The notes: generated by a model not told the origin, from the sequence alone. Positions 41,225 to 55,900 are shown, counted from the first letter of the stretch. The stretch is DNA of 64,000 nucleotides from Eledone cirrhosa (GCA_964016885.1 OZ024741.1:150536001-150600000); one strand, 5' to 3'. Numbers and translations: made by a program.

Positions 41225-41950
41225 TGGTTAGCTTTCCTCCTTGTTGTTATCTTGTTTCACTCGCTTTACGCGTTTTAATTGTCCTAATAACTTAATTTAG
41301 TTATTATTGCACCGACGTGAGGTATATGATTTTTAATGCAATGAAATATCTATGATCGTCGACAAATCACTGATGAGGGACTTATTTTATTACATGTTAT
41401 CCATGTGCAACCTGCAGTATTCTTCTCCCCATTTTTTCACATATATTTACCTAAACTGCGATTCTGTTATTTTCTCTCTCTCTCTCTCTTACTGCTCTCT
41501 CGTTCTCTCTGTTTCTCCTACTTTCTTTCGCCCCCTCTGTCATGTCAGTTAACTCTTCCTCACACTTCCACTCACTCACTCACTGTTTCTCCTCTTCTCA
41601 CTTCACCCCGTTCGCGACAAAATCATTTTCTCTCTTTCTCACATTTGAATTCGCTCCTGAAAGGTCTTTTTTCTAAGCGCTCATATATTCACCTAGCTTA
41701 TGCTAACAGAATAACTATGAAGCTTGTTCCCTTCCTTCTACGGTTAGCTTTCCTCCTTGTTGCTATATTGTTTCACTCGCTTTACGCGTTTTAATTGTCC
41801 TAATAACTTAATTTAGTTATTATTGCACCGACGTGAGGTATATGATTTTTAATGCAATGAAATATCTATGATCGTTGGCAAATCACTGATGAGGGACTTA
41901 TTTTATTACATGTTATCCATGTGCAACCAGCAGTATTCTTCTCCCCATTT

Positions 41951-41956
<6 letters not shown>
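41225..41956. mobile_element. TA-flanked 516 bp unit with about 215 bp terminal direct repeat
   Basis: 41281 repeats at 41797; diverged relative at 15690-15855. Confidence 0.75.
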
Positions 41957-41991
<35 letters not shown>

Positions 41992-42329
41992 CCTTGATTA
42001 TATATGTTCTGGCTCGTTAATTTATTAACCTGCCATTGAACCACATTGGCATATGGTTGGACAATACATGTGTCCCTAAGCGCCTTGTGCGTGTAGGAAC
42101 ATATACTCTATTATTACTTATCTCCTCTTGGTTGAGAAAAAATTTGGTCGTTCTGACTGCTGCTAGTTATAGCGGGGTCAGACTGACCTCCCTGCCTCTG
42201 CCTCTATCTTTACACACGACACTTGAAAGAATTGCTTCCACTTCATTTACTCTCATCTCGGGAACAATTTTGAATAGCGCCAGTTCGTAATTTGAACTCG
42301 GGAATTTTATATTCTCCGAGTGAAAAGAT

Positions 42330-42411
42330 CCTTCTGACGAGAGTTTTTTTTTGCAACGGATGCCGTATGGACTCCGTTTATTTTTGAGACTCGAAACCGA
42401 TTCGGTAAAGG
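42330..42411 (+). ncRNA. Type I hammerhead with extended stem II, GUA
   Basis: cctt-CTGACGA-GAGTTTT..aacgga/tccgtt..GAGACTC-GAAAC-CG-att-CG-GTA-aagg. Confidence 0.85.
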
Positions 42412-42481
42412 TAACCATAGTAAGTAAAGTTAATTTTTTAAAATTTATTTTGAAACTTTTTCTTATTTGCTAAACCATGAT

Positions 42482-42530
<49 letters not shown>

Positions 42531-43115
42531 AAACAATGATAGTGAGTAAAATCGGAGTTGCAGCATCGGTTAGCCTCCCTGAAAGAACAATCCTCGGAAG
42601 TTTTGCACGAAGCACCACTCTATTTGAAGATACCGAAAAATCGATAAATTAAATTAAATCTCAGAGTAATAATAAACATACGTTAAACGTGCGACAAATT
42701 GAAAACTGGTTAAGTGGAGAATGCCACAGAAGCCACCACAACGACGAAAATACAAATAGATATTTATATGAAAACCAAAAGAAACGCAAATGTTATTATA
42801 TAGTATGTTACTTACTGCATTTCTGTAATACTCTTCTTTACTTCACCCTATCGCTTCTCGCTTTGTGCGTATCTACATATTTATCTACCTACGCACCAAC
42901 CTATCTACATTCGTATCCTATCTAATTACGTAGTGTATACATACGCACATACGTATGCATCTATCTATTTAACTTCCCCATCTCCCCTTCACTCTCTCTC
43001 TTTCTCTCTCTCTCTAATTAAATATATATATATATATATTTATATTTACATACATATATATATATTTATATGTATATATGTATATATGTATATATGTATA
43101 TATATATGTATATAT

Positions 43116-43197
<82 letters not shown>

Positions 43198-43635
43198 ATA
43201 TATATATAAGTGTGTGTGTGTGTGTGTATATGTGTATATACACACACACTTACACACAGTATATGCTGATATGCCGCTTGACCTGGCCTATGAGGAGGCA
43301 ATTATAGCCGGCGAAGAAACCATGGAAATGCTGTGTAGTATTGTAGAGTTATACAATCATAGAAATCGTTATATCGCTTCACTAAAGAGTGTACTGATTC
43401 TACAAAGCGGAAGCATCTCTATCGAAACTTGACCAATATGGCGGTCAAGGATATTAGATTCTGTTTACAAGGAAGCAAAGGTCAGCGTAATATGTCGACT
43501 GTAAAGTCAGGCATAAGAAAGATCGTTTGCGTTTGAAAAACCGCGCTTGCATTTAATAATCATTTATTTCTGAACGATCGAAACCATATAACATAAAAAT
43601 AAAACACGCACACATACACGCACATACACACACAC

Positions 43636-43773
<138 letters not shown>

Positions 43774-44137
43774 ATATATGCATAGATATATATGTATACA
43801 TATATATATATATATATATATTGAGAGAGGGAAATAGAGAATGAGGCATACACACACATATGCACACAGAGACACAGATATTGACAGACATACAGATGTA
43901 TACACACACGCGCTCGTAAACATGCAAAACCTAATGAAAAAAATACCAAAATAAAGAAACGAATAAACACATGAACAAAAAAACAGATAAATGAGTCAAT
44001 ACAAAGAAAATAACAAAGAAATGTAGAAATAACGAAAGGATAGGAGTTGGGTATGAAAGCGAGAAGGCTGAGATAAGATTAGATATAGAAATAGAGATAA
44101 TAACTATATTAGAAAATGATGCTTGTTGATGAGTGTA

Positions 44138-44262
44138 TAGGCATGGCTGCGTGGTTAAGGAGTTCACTACGAAACCATATGGTTTCGGGTTCGGTTCTAC
44201 TGAGTGGCGCAAGTGTTTTCTAGTATAATTTCGGGTCGAAAATTCACACAGCTTCATAAGAC
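44138..44262 (+). mobile_element. Old tRNA-derived SINE head
   Basis: TGGCTGCGTGGTTAAG A box and GGTTCGGTTC B box; related minus copies near 37570-37700 and 46060-46160. Confidence 0.5.
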
Positions 44263-44699
44263 AATTGGCAGCTGTATCTTTTCTTCGTCAGCCACATTGC
44301 TGAAAGTGCAGTTTTACGCAGTTAGGTAGTACTGAATCTATGGCGCCAGTTTGCACAGCAAATCTGATGACCGCTCTGTTGGTGAGATACATGTGAGACG
44401 ATAACAAAACAAAGAATGGATAGGAAAATTTACAACTGTCTTTCGAAAATAAGAGAGATAAATACGTAAAGGATTATGAATAGAAATATATGGACAACAG
44501 TCAGTGCATCTGTCTGTGTGTGTGGTGTATGTGTGTAATTGTGTCCGTGTTTGTATTCACTTATTCTTCTTTTTAGTGAAACTCACCACACATTATTAGT
44601 AATTGCATCCATTAATTTATATTTTAATAAATCGCTAATCTCGTTTTTGAAAACTTTCCGTGCCAGTACTCGGGATATCATTTAATCGTCTTATCTTAG

Positions 44700-45150
44700 T
44701 TGACTGTACAGGATTTTGTGGTTTGTGTAGTCAGCTGATAGGAATTGGAGACAACTCAAGCTATCTTGATCCACTAATCTAATGAAAATTCTATTCATGC
44801 ACAACCTGGGTGACCCACTGCAATTTGTCCAAGTCAAGTCTATATTGATGCATTCACGATATCCATGTCATAATTGTCGAACAATTGGAACTAATTGAGC
44901 AGAGTTTTGAACCCCTTCTCCTATTGGCTATTTTCAGAAAATCTCTGGTGACTATCACATCTAATCTCATGTTCCTGTCTCACTGCCGGCGTACCAGGCC
45001 ACGTATAGTTATAGACTTCCACACTTATAATTACGAAATTAAGTTGGCATGCGATATGATGGTGGTGGTAGGGAAAATACACACATATTGTCTTAATAGT
45101 TGATAATCCAGCAGACTATCTTTCTTAAAAACGCTCGATATCCGCTGAGA
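44700..45150 (-). pseudogene. Possible decayed LINE APE endonuclease fragment
   Basis: LDVIVTRDF (GDFN-like), YDMDIVN, QWVT remnants across frames. Confidence 0.3.
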
Positions 45151-45605
45151 TTCTCTCTAAATCTTCTACCACACGAATTTTAAGTAAGCTCTTAATATCA
45201 TTTGTATCAGACGTCTATCTGCTTTTGTCTTTGGGAGAAATTATTTTATTTCCGTCCAATGTGTAGTTATGTTTGTGTGTGTACGTGGGTATGAACTCCA
45301 TAACTCCATTACCTTCTCACTCTCATCCTTCCGAACAACCGTGAAATGGCGGAGAGTTGATTGTTGCTAATAAAGGCACGAAAAACAAAAACAATATCAA
45401 AACAAAAACAAAGTTCATGTTGAAAATATTATTATTGACAAAGGAATGTTCGTTGACATAATTGAACGACCTGAAGCAATCTAGTTATTGTAATAACTGT
45501 CAACATCTGTTGTGTTTGTGGTTTCCTTACAGTTCCTCCATTATTACGAACACAACCGCCATGATGTTGAACACACGGAAACATCATTAGCATTGATTTC
45601 ACGAG

Positions 45606-45679
<74 letters not shown>

Positions 45680-47063
45680 TCGATTCATACATTGATAGAT
45701 AGAGACGGAATATGGTAAGAAGAAAGAGATATAGGGAGAGCATGCGAGGGCATAAGCGAAAACGCCAATGTGTGTAGGTGCGATTGTGTGTGTGTGTGTG
45801 CGTGCGTGTGTATGTGTGTCTGTGTATGTGTGTACCTGTGTGAGAGTGTGTACCTCTGTGTATGGATTTGTATGCGTCTGTGTGTGTATAGGAATGTGAG
45901 TGAGTGAGTGTGTGTATATGTACGTTCGCACGGGCACGCGTATCAATTTTAAATGAACAGCCAGGCATTCTCAGAGAGATTCAGCATGCCACACTATGTA
46001 ACAAAAATAGGCCCTTTGAATTACAGCTGCATTAAATACAATGGGCTGCTAGACAGTTCCCTTGCTTCCAAAATCACTTAGAAGGCTTGAGTTGACCCGA
46101 GGCCAAGATACCATACAGTGAGATCGAACCCATGAACATATTATTGCAAAGCGACCTTAAGAATTCGGCATGCAGCATCCGCTATGGAATAGGCAAATAC
46201 GTTATTAAACCATACAGAAAAAAAGAATCATAATATGGATTACATGCAGTCATACAGTAGCCTTAATAATATATTACAATGATACCATCAATTATATATA
46301 GAAAAAACGAAAGACTTCTAAATCATCGAAAAACATCACAAGACTACAAGCCGTTGAATAAACATTAGATAATTCATATAATCTATAGTTTTGTATTCAA
46401 ACATGAAAGCTACAAACTTTATGAATCTAAACGTTACATTGGACATACATGTACAATTCTGACAATGTATTTACAAAGGGTTGTTGCTACATATATATTA
46501 CATCACATAGAAAACACTATTAAATAGAATATAGAAAATCATTAGTTGATAACATGAGACAACAATGGAGTGTTATCGTAGATGTTTAATTAGCTAGAAA
46601 TAGCAACTAAATATCTTCCACATCACGCATTGCATTCTAAGAGAAAATCAACCAACGAAATACTAGATGAGATGTGTATAAGAAAAAAACTAGATGGTAA
46701 TGCTTAGAGTGCCGTTGATCTTAGACGTGCCAAAATAGGATTTAACTTGAGCTAAACGACAAACATAAAATTTGATGGAGTAACGTAACCAGATTCTACC
46801 CAACATTTAACATCTTATATGCCTCAACTCGAAGCTTATAGTCTTTTGAATATTTAGCATCAATTAATAAACAAATCCTACTATATGTTTCAAACACATT
46901 TCTATCGTATCTGTAGACTATGCATATGTATTTCCTGGTTATATATTTTTAATATATCTCACTAATGTTGTTGAAGAAAGAGCAGGTTACTAAACAAGAC
47001 AAAAGTCTTTCACTGGAATTTAGACTATACATTTATGTATATGTATATGCATATGCATGTTTA

Positions 47064-47327
47064 TATATTGTTATACTTGGGGAGGGTCATATTGTTGTAA
47101 TAATATTGCCAGAAATAATAACAGAACACACTCACTGTTTGGTTGGCTTTCGCTTCTGTATCTTTTATATCTCCATAGTTAATTTATTTGGCAATCAAAG
47201 TTTATCATTGATTGACCAACGGTTAAAAATACAGATATAAATGTATATATATATATATATATATAGTCTATCAAAGTTCTTTCGTTGCACATGTGCAACA
47301 TCATCAGTGGTACTATTATGTTTCCTC
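47064..47327 (-). mobile_element. Solo pLTR of the PLE-2/3 family with HHR motif at 47270-47311
   Basis: Matches 28339-28592. Confidence 0.85.
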
Positions 47328-47330
47328 ACA

Positions 47331-48361
47331 TAACACAGCCACTATATTTAGTTGGTGTTACTTTTTCGGCCAATGCTATAGAATGAGTTGCTAGATGAGA
47401 ATTATTGAAATTTTAGAATTGGGTATTAAAAATTAATACCACATCTCTGGGGTCTAACACAGCTGCTATGAATATTTAGTATAGCGTAATCGGCCAATGC
47501 TATCTATAAGTTATTGGGGTGGGGTACTGAGGCTAAAGAGGCCCGATGGGCTGCCTTGGAGTAGGCGAAAGGGGAAAAAAAACAAAGAAACAAACGAGGA
47601 AGAAGATCGGTGGTGGGAAGAAGTGATAGGAGGAGACAAAGGGAAGAAGAAAACATAGAGGAAAAGAAAGGGGGTACATCTACCTATATAAGTTGGGGTT
47701 TTCCATATCTTATTCGGCAAGTGGGATGTTTCAGCCCTTGTCTACCCACCCGGATCGTTAGGGGGTTTGAGGGCGAGGTAAGTCTTCCGCAATCTGTGTT
47801 TGTATGCAGTTACGAGTTCGTCTTTTTTTATGCTCGGAGGAAACATTACAAATGCTGTTTACGAAGGATCAACTCCTAAACAAAAAAGACGAACTCGTAA
47901 CTGCATACAAACACAGATTGCGGAAGACTTACCTAGCCCGTAAACCCCCTAACGACCCTGGTGGGTAGACAAGGGCTGAAACACCCCACTTGCCGAATAA
48001 GATAGGGGAAACCCCAACTTATATAGGTAGATGTACCCCCTTTCTTTTCCTCTATGTTTTCTTCTTCCCTTTATCTCTTCCTATCACTTCTTTCCACCAC
48101 CGATCTTCTTCCTCGTTTGTTTCTTTGTTTTTTTCCCTTTCGCCTACCCGAGGCAGCCCATCGGGCCTCTTTAGCCTCAGTACCCCACCCTAATAACTTA
48201 TAGATAATACTCATAAATATTCATAGCAGCTGTGTTAGACCCCAGAGATGTGGTATTAATTTTTAATACCCAATTCTAAAATTTCAATAATTCTCATCTA
48301 GCAACTCATTCTATAGCATTGGCCGACATAGCAGAACCAACTAAATATAGCAGCTGTGTTA
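47331..48361. repeat. Long inverted repeat, about 490 bp arms with about 50 bp spacer
   Basis: 47331-47829 vs 47882-48361, slightly diverged. Confidence 0.88.
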
Positions 48362-48752
48362 GACTCCTTAGTTTTTGTTTTATTTCACTTCTCACTTTCC
48401 AATCTTACATTCTGATATATCTTTCTCTCATTTTTTATTATATTTCTTTCTTATTATATTTTTTCATTGTCTCCTAATCTCATTTGATTTACCAATTCTA
48501 TAACGTCCCTCCTCCATCTTCTCAAGAAATCTTTTTTCGCCTACCTCCTCTGGCCTACTTTCATACAGATTCCTTAGAATTGTCCGTATAGGTTTCACCT
48601 TCAACGCTTGACCGTCTCTACCCACTCCTCTATCGTTCTACAGGCAAGTTCAGCCACTCCACCCCCACCCACTACCATGATAGACTTTTCTGTGTCTGCT
48701 ATAAATTTTGACCAATCCTCTTGACAACTACAATCTTCCGATATAAGGAAGT

Positions 48753-48849
48753 ACCCATTGAAAAGTTCGGCTATTTATTTACCAGACTAACAACTCTTAA
48801 TTTTGTCCAGAAATAACCATCGAAACGGCTTGAGCTCTGCCGTCGGGGT
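48753..48849 (+). ncRNA. Family K full hammerhead, U3-A8 core, extended stems II and III, GUC
   Basis: accca-TTGAAAA-GTTCGGCTATTT..AAATAACCATC-GAAAC-GGC..GCC-GTC-ggggt; other copies give AAATAGCCGTC. Confidence 0.65.
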
Positions 48850-48859
48850 CATACGTTCT

Positions 48860-48917
<58 letters not shown>

Positions 48918-48924
48918 TATATAT

Positions 48925-49128
48925 GGGAAAAGAGTCAGGACACCCGACGGCTGAGCTCCGGCCGTTTCGACAGCTATTTCTGAACGCGTTCAGAAATAGC
49001 TGTCGAAACGACCGGAGCTCAGCCGTCGGGGTCCTGACTCTTTTCCTATTACCCATTTTATTACTCATAGTACCGAGTACTCTGGTACGTTATGGTCTAC
49101 CTGGTTCCTCACCACACTTCCTTCGTTA
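48925..49128. mobile_element. Family K fold-back copy
   Basis: Palindrome centred on TGAACGCGTTCA near 48986. Confidence 0.8.
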
Positions 49129-49133
49129 TATAT

Positions 49134-49750
49134 ATATTGTTATACTTAGGCAGGGTCATATTGTTGTAATAATATTGCCAGAAATAATAACAGAACACAC
49201 TCACTGTTTGGTTGGTTTTCGCTTCTGTATCTTTTATATCTCCATAATTAATTCATTTGACCATCAATGTTTATCATTGACTGACCAACGGTCAAAAATA
49301 CAGATATAAATACATATATATAGTCTAAGAAAGTTCTTTCGTTGAACATGTGCAATATCATCAGTGGTATTATTATCATGTTTCCCCTGCTGTATTGTAT
49401 GTATTGCAATGTCTACGCCATTTTAATTTTATCTCTAAAATAAAAATGGCGTAGATATTACAATACATACAATACAGCAGGGGAACATGATAATAATACC
49501 ATTGATGATGTTGCACATGTGCAACGAAAGAACTTTGTTAGACTATATATATGTATATATATTTGTATTTTTTACAGTTGGTCAGTCAATGATAAACATT
49601 GATGGCCAAATGAATTAACTATGGAGATATAAAAGATGCTGAAGCGAATAGTATTACAACAATATGACCCTCTCCAAGTATAACAATATTTGTTTCGACA
49701 CACGATTTCATATCAAAAACCTTGCAAAACAAATTCATCGTCGTCATTAT
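49134..49750. mobile_element. Inverted pair of PLE-2/3 pLTRs with HHR motifs at 49327-49368 (-) and 49498-49539 (+)
   Basis: Arms meet near 49435; right arm ends with the MTLSKYNNICFDTRF.. coding start. Confidence 0.85.
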
Positions 49751-49933
49751 ACATATATATATTATTATCTACTTTAATGCGACGCTCCAGTTTGGCTCTG
49801 TGTGTGTGTGTGTGTGTGTTTGTGTGCGTATGCAGAAGGCTAGTTTGAATGGTCTGTGTATTACTACCACTACTACATCAATATATTTGTAGAATAAATA
49901 TCATTGAAATTGAAAGTGACAAGTGTAAGTCAC

Positions 49934-50020
<87 letters not shown>

Positions 50021-50087
50021 TCTCTCTCTCTCTATCTCTCTCTCCATATATATATCAAAGAGGGTGCGGTAAGATACCAGGTGGACC

Positions 50088-50410
50088 ATAACGAGATCAG
50101 ATATTTGCTCCTGGTCGAACCGTTACTTCTCCGAATTGAGAGATCACAGTTCCAATATTATAGGCATGCAGTTAGAACGTCTCAAGAAAGAATCGCTAGA
50201 TAGATTTTACGGGCCAAATCAACCGGCAGGAGATCCTGGGGTAGACTCCGAGCAAGATGATTGGATAATATCCATGAGCTTGGCTGGTTTCGCTTGGGGA
50301 TCCAGCCGGATCAAATGGAGACGGTTGCTTCTGACATGACCCACTGGAAGGCCTGTTTGGAGGACTCGGGCCCCACAACACTTCCAAGGATAAGTGGGCG
50401 ATAAGAAAGA
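50088..50410 (+). mobile_element. RTE-type LINE 3' fragment
   Basis: NEIR..VEPLLLRIERSQ.QYY.H..R..QERIAR..GRR..GR.R.R.LDNI C-terminal signature. Confidence 0.7.
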
Positions 50411-50730
50411 AAATGGTGATGATGGTGACGAAGAAGAGAAAGAAGAAGAAGGACAACAACAACAACAAAACATTTAACAACAGCAGGGTTATTAAAATCA
50501 TTACCTGACACAACACAGTTATCACATCATCCATCAATCAGTTATACAATACGTTACATTAGTCCATTGATCTTAGGTGTCGTGTTAAACTAGATTTTCT
50601 GTTGAAAGTTCTCATGCCAATTTCGATACATATCTTTGTACCTACATATATACATATATATATATACATACATGCGTTCGTACGTTCGCACATACATACA
50701 CATGTCATGTAAATATGCATAATGTACACG

Positions 50731-50824
<94 letters not shown>

Positions 50825-50832
50825 GTCTATCT
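50731..50832. repeat. (CTAT)n microsatellite flanking LINE
   Basis: Same repeat resumes at 56618-56680. Confidence 0.9.
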
Positions 50833-51053
50833 TTTTACTTGAGACGTGTGCCAGTTCGCTGGTAAGTTTTTGTTGATTTTCTAAGTAAGAAATTAAAAAT
50901 GTATTGTTAAATTTGATACTATTTTATAGCTTGACCCCACGTCTGGACTTTCAGACAGTGGGTCAAGTCATCTTCACCCCTCCCTGGGGTGAAATTTTCG
51001 TTTGAAAAAATTTCGTCGGTGAAAAAAATTGTAAACAAATCTTGCATTCAGTC

Positions 51054-52937
51054 ATGGACGCTGCGTTCAGTACTAGAAGTGGTGGAGAGGCGGTAAGAGT
51101 GTTAAGCTTGCAGTCACCGCCTCTCACCACCTCATTGAAAGACATCGAAAATGTCAGTTTTGAAAACACGATGTCAGATGTTGAGTGTAACATCAACACT
51201 AACACTAACACCAATAACATGGAAAATATAAACAACACCAACCAGAACAATAACAACAACAACAACAACAATAATGACAACAAGAACAATAACAGCAACA
51301 ATGATAACAACAACACCACCAACAACAACAGCAACACGAACAACTCCACGAACAAGGAAAAGATTTCCTTTGCTCAAACCGTCCAAAAGACGGAACTGTT
51401 TACATACCTTGACATTTCCAATGCTAGGGAAATATTAAGCGATGCAAAACAGTATGTAACTTTTGGTGAGAGTGGTGCGTTCAGCAACACTTCTCCTCAA
51501 CAGTTACGTAGAGAAACTGTTCTAAAAACAGTAATTTTTAGGACGGTTTCAAATGTGTTGAAAAAACCAGTTCAATTATCCCAAAACGACATTGAACTGG
51601 TTCTGAAGAATTCCATGAAGGATATTGCCTTCATCCCAAAAGGGAAATTTTTGGAAGCATTTCAGTGTTGTTGAAAGACGAATTGACGGCACAAAAATAT
51701 TCTGTATCGCCGATTGTGTCCCCCTTTACACCTTTTTCCCCACATATATTGGAAAAAGGACACAAAAGATAAAAATTTCGAACATTGCACCAAATGTAAA
51801 CGTCTGGTGGATTTTAACTGGCTCCATCGATTTCGACGAAGACACCATAATTTCGGTGGAAAAGTCCTCCAGAGGCACATTCAATGGTACAAGTATGGAA
51901 GTTCTGGTTCAAATGAGGCCAGAACGGATAGCTAAAATACCCCAACGTGTGCTTCTGGATGGAATTTCACACATAAACATTTCTGTTGAGGGTAGGCGGC
52001 CTTCATGTTACCACTGTTTAAGCAGTGGTCACCTGAAAGCTTACTGTCCTCAGTAAACTACAAAAAAAGAGGCATTACTGCCAACACCCAAAACAACAAC
52101 ACAACCACCACCACCACCACAACAACAACAACACGCAAACATAACCAAAACAAGAACAACAAACCAACCTGCAAGCACAGTCCCACCCAACCCCACTCCA
52201 CCTAAAACCACTGCAAAAACACCCACAAACACAACAGCTCCCCAAAACATACCGATTCCAAATAACACAGACACCACAACGGACGAGGCCTCCTCCTCAT
52301 CATCAAGTGACGATGAGGGAGAGCCTCTCCGTTCGAAAATAAAGAAGAAAAGACACCACAAGAACAAAAAAACAACAAACATCACTACGAACATAGAACC
52401 ACCAACACAAACATTACAAACAAAAACCCCCGTCCCGAAAACAAAACCACGACATCACTCTAAACACAAACACCTACAACAAAACGAAAGCTCCCACAAG
52501 AACAACAGACAAAACCACCGTAACACAACAAGAACATTACACATACATAAACAGTAAAAACAAAAAAACTTTAATGGAAGTCATCTCCAACGACCCTTCG
52601 GTGAAAACGGAAGGGAAAACTTTTTCGAACTGTGTAGACGAACCTAATTTAAAGATGATTAGGGTCCCTACGGACACCTATAAGTCTTTAAAGGAAAACT
52701 TTCCTAAGGACGTGGGTAATCCTTGTATTAAACACATTAACCGCGTCCTTTAAAAAAGTTTCACCTCCCCGCCCCCTCCCCACCCACCCAAGACACCCCC
52801 ACACCAGACACCCCAACCCCATCAGACACCCCTTCCCCACCAAACATCTCCGTTCTCACCCGCCGGAAACCACCACCCACCCAGACAACCCCTCTAACAC
52901 CCCCGTGCGGCCTGGTCCCCGGGTGACGAAGAGGTGA
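51054..52937 (+). pseudogene. LINE ORF1, frameshifted
   Basis: VEGRRPSCYHCLSSGHLKAYCP CCHC knuckle; Asn and Thr/Pro-rich tracts; homologous to 61404-63358. Confidence 0.8.
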
Positions 52938-52977
52938 GTGTTTTCTTCTCCTCTTCTTTTAACTTTTCAGAACCAAC

Positions 52978-55900
52978 ATGGCCAATATAAGAGTTGGATG
53001 TGTGAATGTACGGGGCCTGGGGATGCCCTGGAAACAGGGCAAACTCTTAAACGATCTCAGATCACACAGTATGGATGTAGTAGCCATTTGCGAGTCCAGG
53101 ATCCACAGCGAGCGACAGCAGGCCCCCATCTTCGATGACTTTGAGATCTACGCATCTCTCTGTCAACCGGGGGGTGGGGGCGGGGTTGCCGTTTTGCTGC
53201 GGAAACACCTTGGCCTCGTAACACAGACGGTACATCTTGACCCGGAGGGTCGACTGGTGGTCCTAGACGTTGACGGTAGTGAAGGTGGAGCCTTCAGGCT
53301 GGTGGCCGCATATGCCCCATCCGGGACACCGCGGCCAGACTTCTTCAAAAGTCTAGAGACTTTTCTGGGAACATCCAGCTCCTTGCTTTTAGTGGGGCAC
53401 TGGAATGGAATCCTAGATGCACGTTGGGACTATGTGGGAGAATGTCCCGATAAATGGGTGTGTAACAGCCTCAAACAGTTAATCGGCCGATTTGACCTGG
53501 CCGATAGATATTGACTAGATTTTCTGACTGTGCCGCTGTGGACGTGGACTAATCGCGGCGGAACATCTATATCGTACCTAGATAGGGTTCTAGTTAGAAA
53601 TAAGGATAGGAACATGTTAACCTGTACACAAATGTTCATGGTTACCTATTCAGATCACAAACTAGTGACCTGTATGGTCAACCTTGATAGCACCCATAGA
53701 CAAGGACCCGGCTACTGGAAGCTGAACTTGCGGTTACCGACATGCAAAGCCTACAGTAGACGGATTAGCACTTTAGTTAAACAGTACTTGACAGGGGCCA
53801 TTGTCAACAACAGATAGTGGTACTCTCTCAAGAGGGCAGTTAGATTAGACTCGTTAGTTTTTAGTAAAGAAGTAGCGTTAGATAGAAATAGGACCGAGAA
53901 GGAACTGGTAGATAAAGTAGAAGAGGCAATTAGAAGTGGCAACGTAGCCAGCGTGTTAGCAACGAGAACAGTCTTGGAACAGTTCTTCGATGCAAAGCAT
54001 GAGGGCTGCGTTGTCAGAAGCAAAATACGTGCTCTGGGAAACGAGGGAGCCAAAGCTCTTAGCTGGGCTTGAGTGACGGAGGCAAAAAGTGTAAACAAGT
54101 CCACGATTCGGTCTTTGAAGGACCAAGACGGACGCGTGATACGTGAGCCAAAGCAGATGTGTGCGGCCTTTCAGCGGCACTTTGCTCAACTGTTCGGGCA
54201 AGGCGGCGCGTCGGGAGAGGCTATGGATTTCGGTCCATACCTCGACGGCCTACCGCGACTCTCGGACAGCGAGGCTAAGTTCTGCGAAAAGCCGATTTCA
54301 GCCGCTGAGATAGGGGACGCGCTGAGACAATGCGGCAAACGCAAATCTCCAGGTCTCGACGGTCTACTCTACGAATTTTACGTAGCAATGCCGGACTTAG
54401 TCTCCGGTCTCCCGGAAGCGGTCTACTGCAACTTGCAGCAGAACGGTAGAATTCACAGTTCTGTGACCAGGGGCGTAGTCACACTAGTCAGGAAGGACGA
54501 GAATAAGGGGATGACATAGGCAACTTCCGGCCCATAACTCATCTAAACACAGAGTTACAGATTTTGGCCAAGGTGTTGGCAAAGAGGCTGGAGCTTTTCG
54601 TCGAGAACCTGGTCCATACACGACAACATCCACCTTATGCGATACATCATAGAGAGGGTAGGGTGTAGACTCGGCTTCGGTGGGGCCCTGATCAACTTGG
54701 ATCAGTCTAAGGCTTTCGATAGGGTTGACCACCGTTACCTGGATGCGGTGCTCGAGACGGCAGGCTTCAGACCCGTGTTCAGGGGCTGGATTGCTGCAAT
54801 ACACAACAGCAACATCTGCTCAAGAGTCAAGGTGAACGGCTACCTCACGGAGCCGTTCCATATCACGCGATTCATTCGACAGTGATGCCCTCTCTCCTCC
54901 CTTCTGTACGTACTGACTCTCAAGCCACTACTGCGGAAGTTGGAACTATTGCAGGGCATCCCTCTGGAACCGGGACTGCGGAAAGCGGCGTCGGCCTACG
55001 CCGACGACGTGAGAGTAATGGTGTCGAGCACCGCGCAAATCGAGGAGGTCGGCACCTTACTGAAGGAATACGAAAGGCTCACAGGAGCGAAGCTGAACCG
55101 GGACAAGTCCATCCGTTTGCAATTCGGATCGTGGAGAGGCAGACTGATCCCTTCCGATGGCGTCGTCGGACACTGGACGGAAGGACCGGTAAAGCTGCTC
55201 GGGGTCTTGTTTGGTCCGGACGTCCAGGTGGAGAAGAACTGGAACGAGGTGACGGCCACGGTATTTGCACTCACCCAGAAGTGGGCCGAGTGCAAACTAT
55301 CCTTGAAAGGTCGAGCGGAGGTGGTGTACACTTTTAAAGCGTCCGCCATCTACTACCGCTTGACCGTCCTGCCTTGTCCAGCCAAAACGCTCACCAAAAT
55401 GGAGCGCCCGCTCTTCCAATCTCTTTGGAAGAGGCGGGCTCCTTTGGTGAGAAGATCCATCTGCTGCCAACGCCCTACCAACGGAGGGCTGAAGATGCCG
55501 TGGCTGACGATGCGCAAACACGCGCTCAGACTGCGGCATCTCTACGTATTCATCACCGGACAACCGGTGTGGGCCCCGTTCGTGAGGCGAGCCTTCCCAG
55601 GACTCGTCTCGCTGACCGAGCTGCAGTCCTGGGTCAAGCAAAGACGGAGGAAAATGGGCGACTGGCACATCGAATGTGCTCAAGCGCTCACAGCCCTCTG
55701 GCAGGCGGACCCGGCGATCAGTGGAGACTCCACTTCGTCATTCTATAGAGGGTTGATCCGCAGCAAGTGCGACGACGCGCTAGGTGAAACTCTGGGCATA
55801 GAGGAAGACGAACAAGCCAGGCTGTTCGGTAGGACCTTCCGCCCTGGACCGATGGACAACTTCCAAAGATCCCTGGCTTGGCAGTGCTACCGAGGAGCTC

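Noticed and set aside
43288-43330. ATGAGGA-GGC..GCC..GAAACCATGG
   Set aside because: Too many core defects
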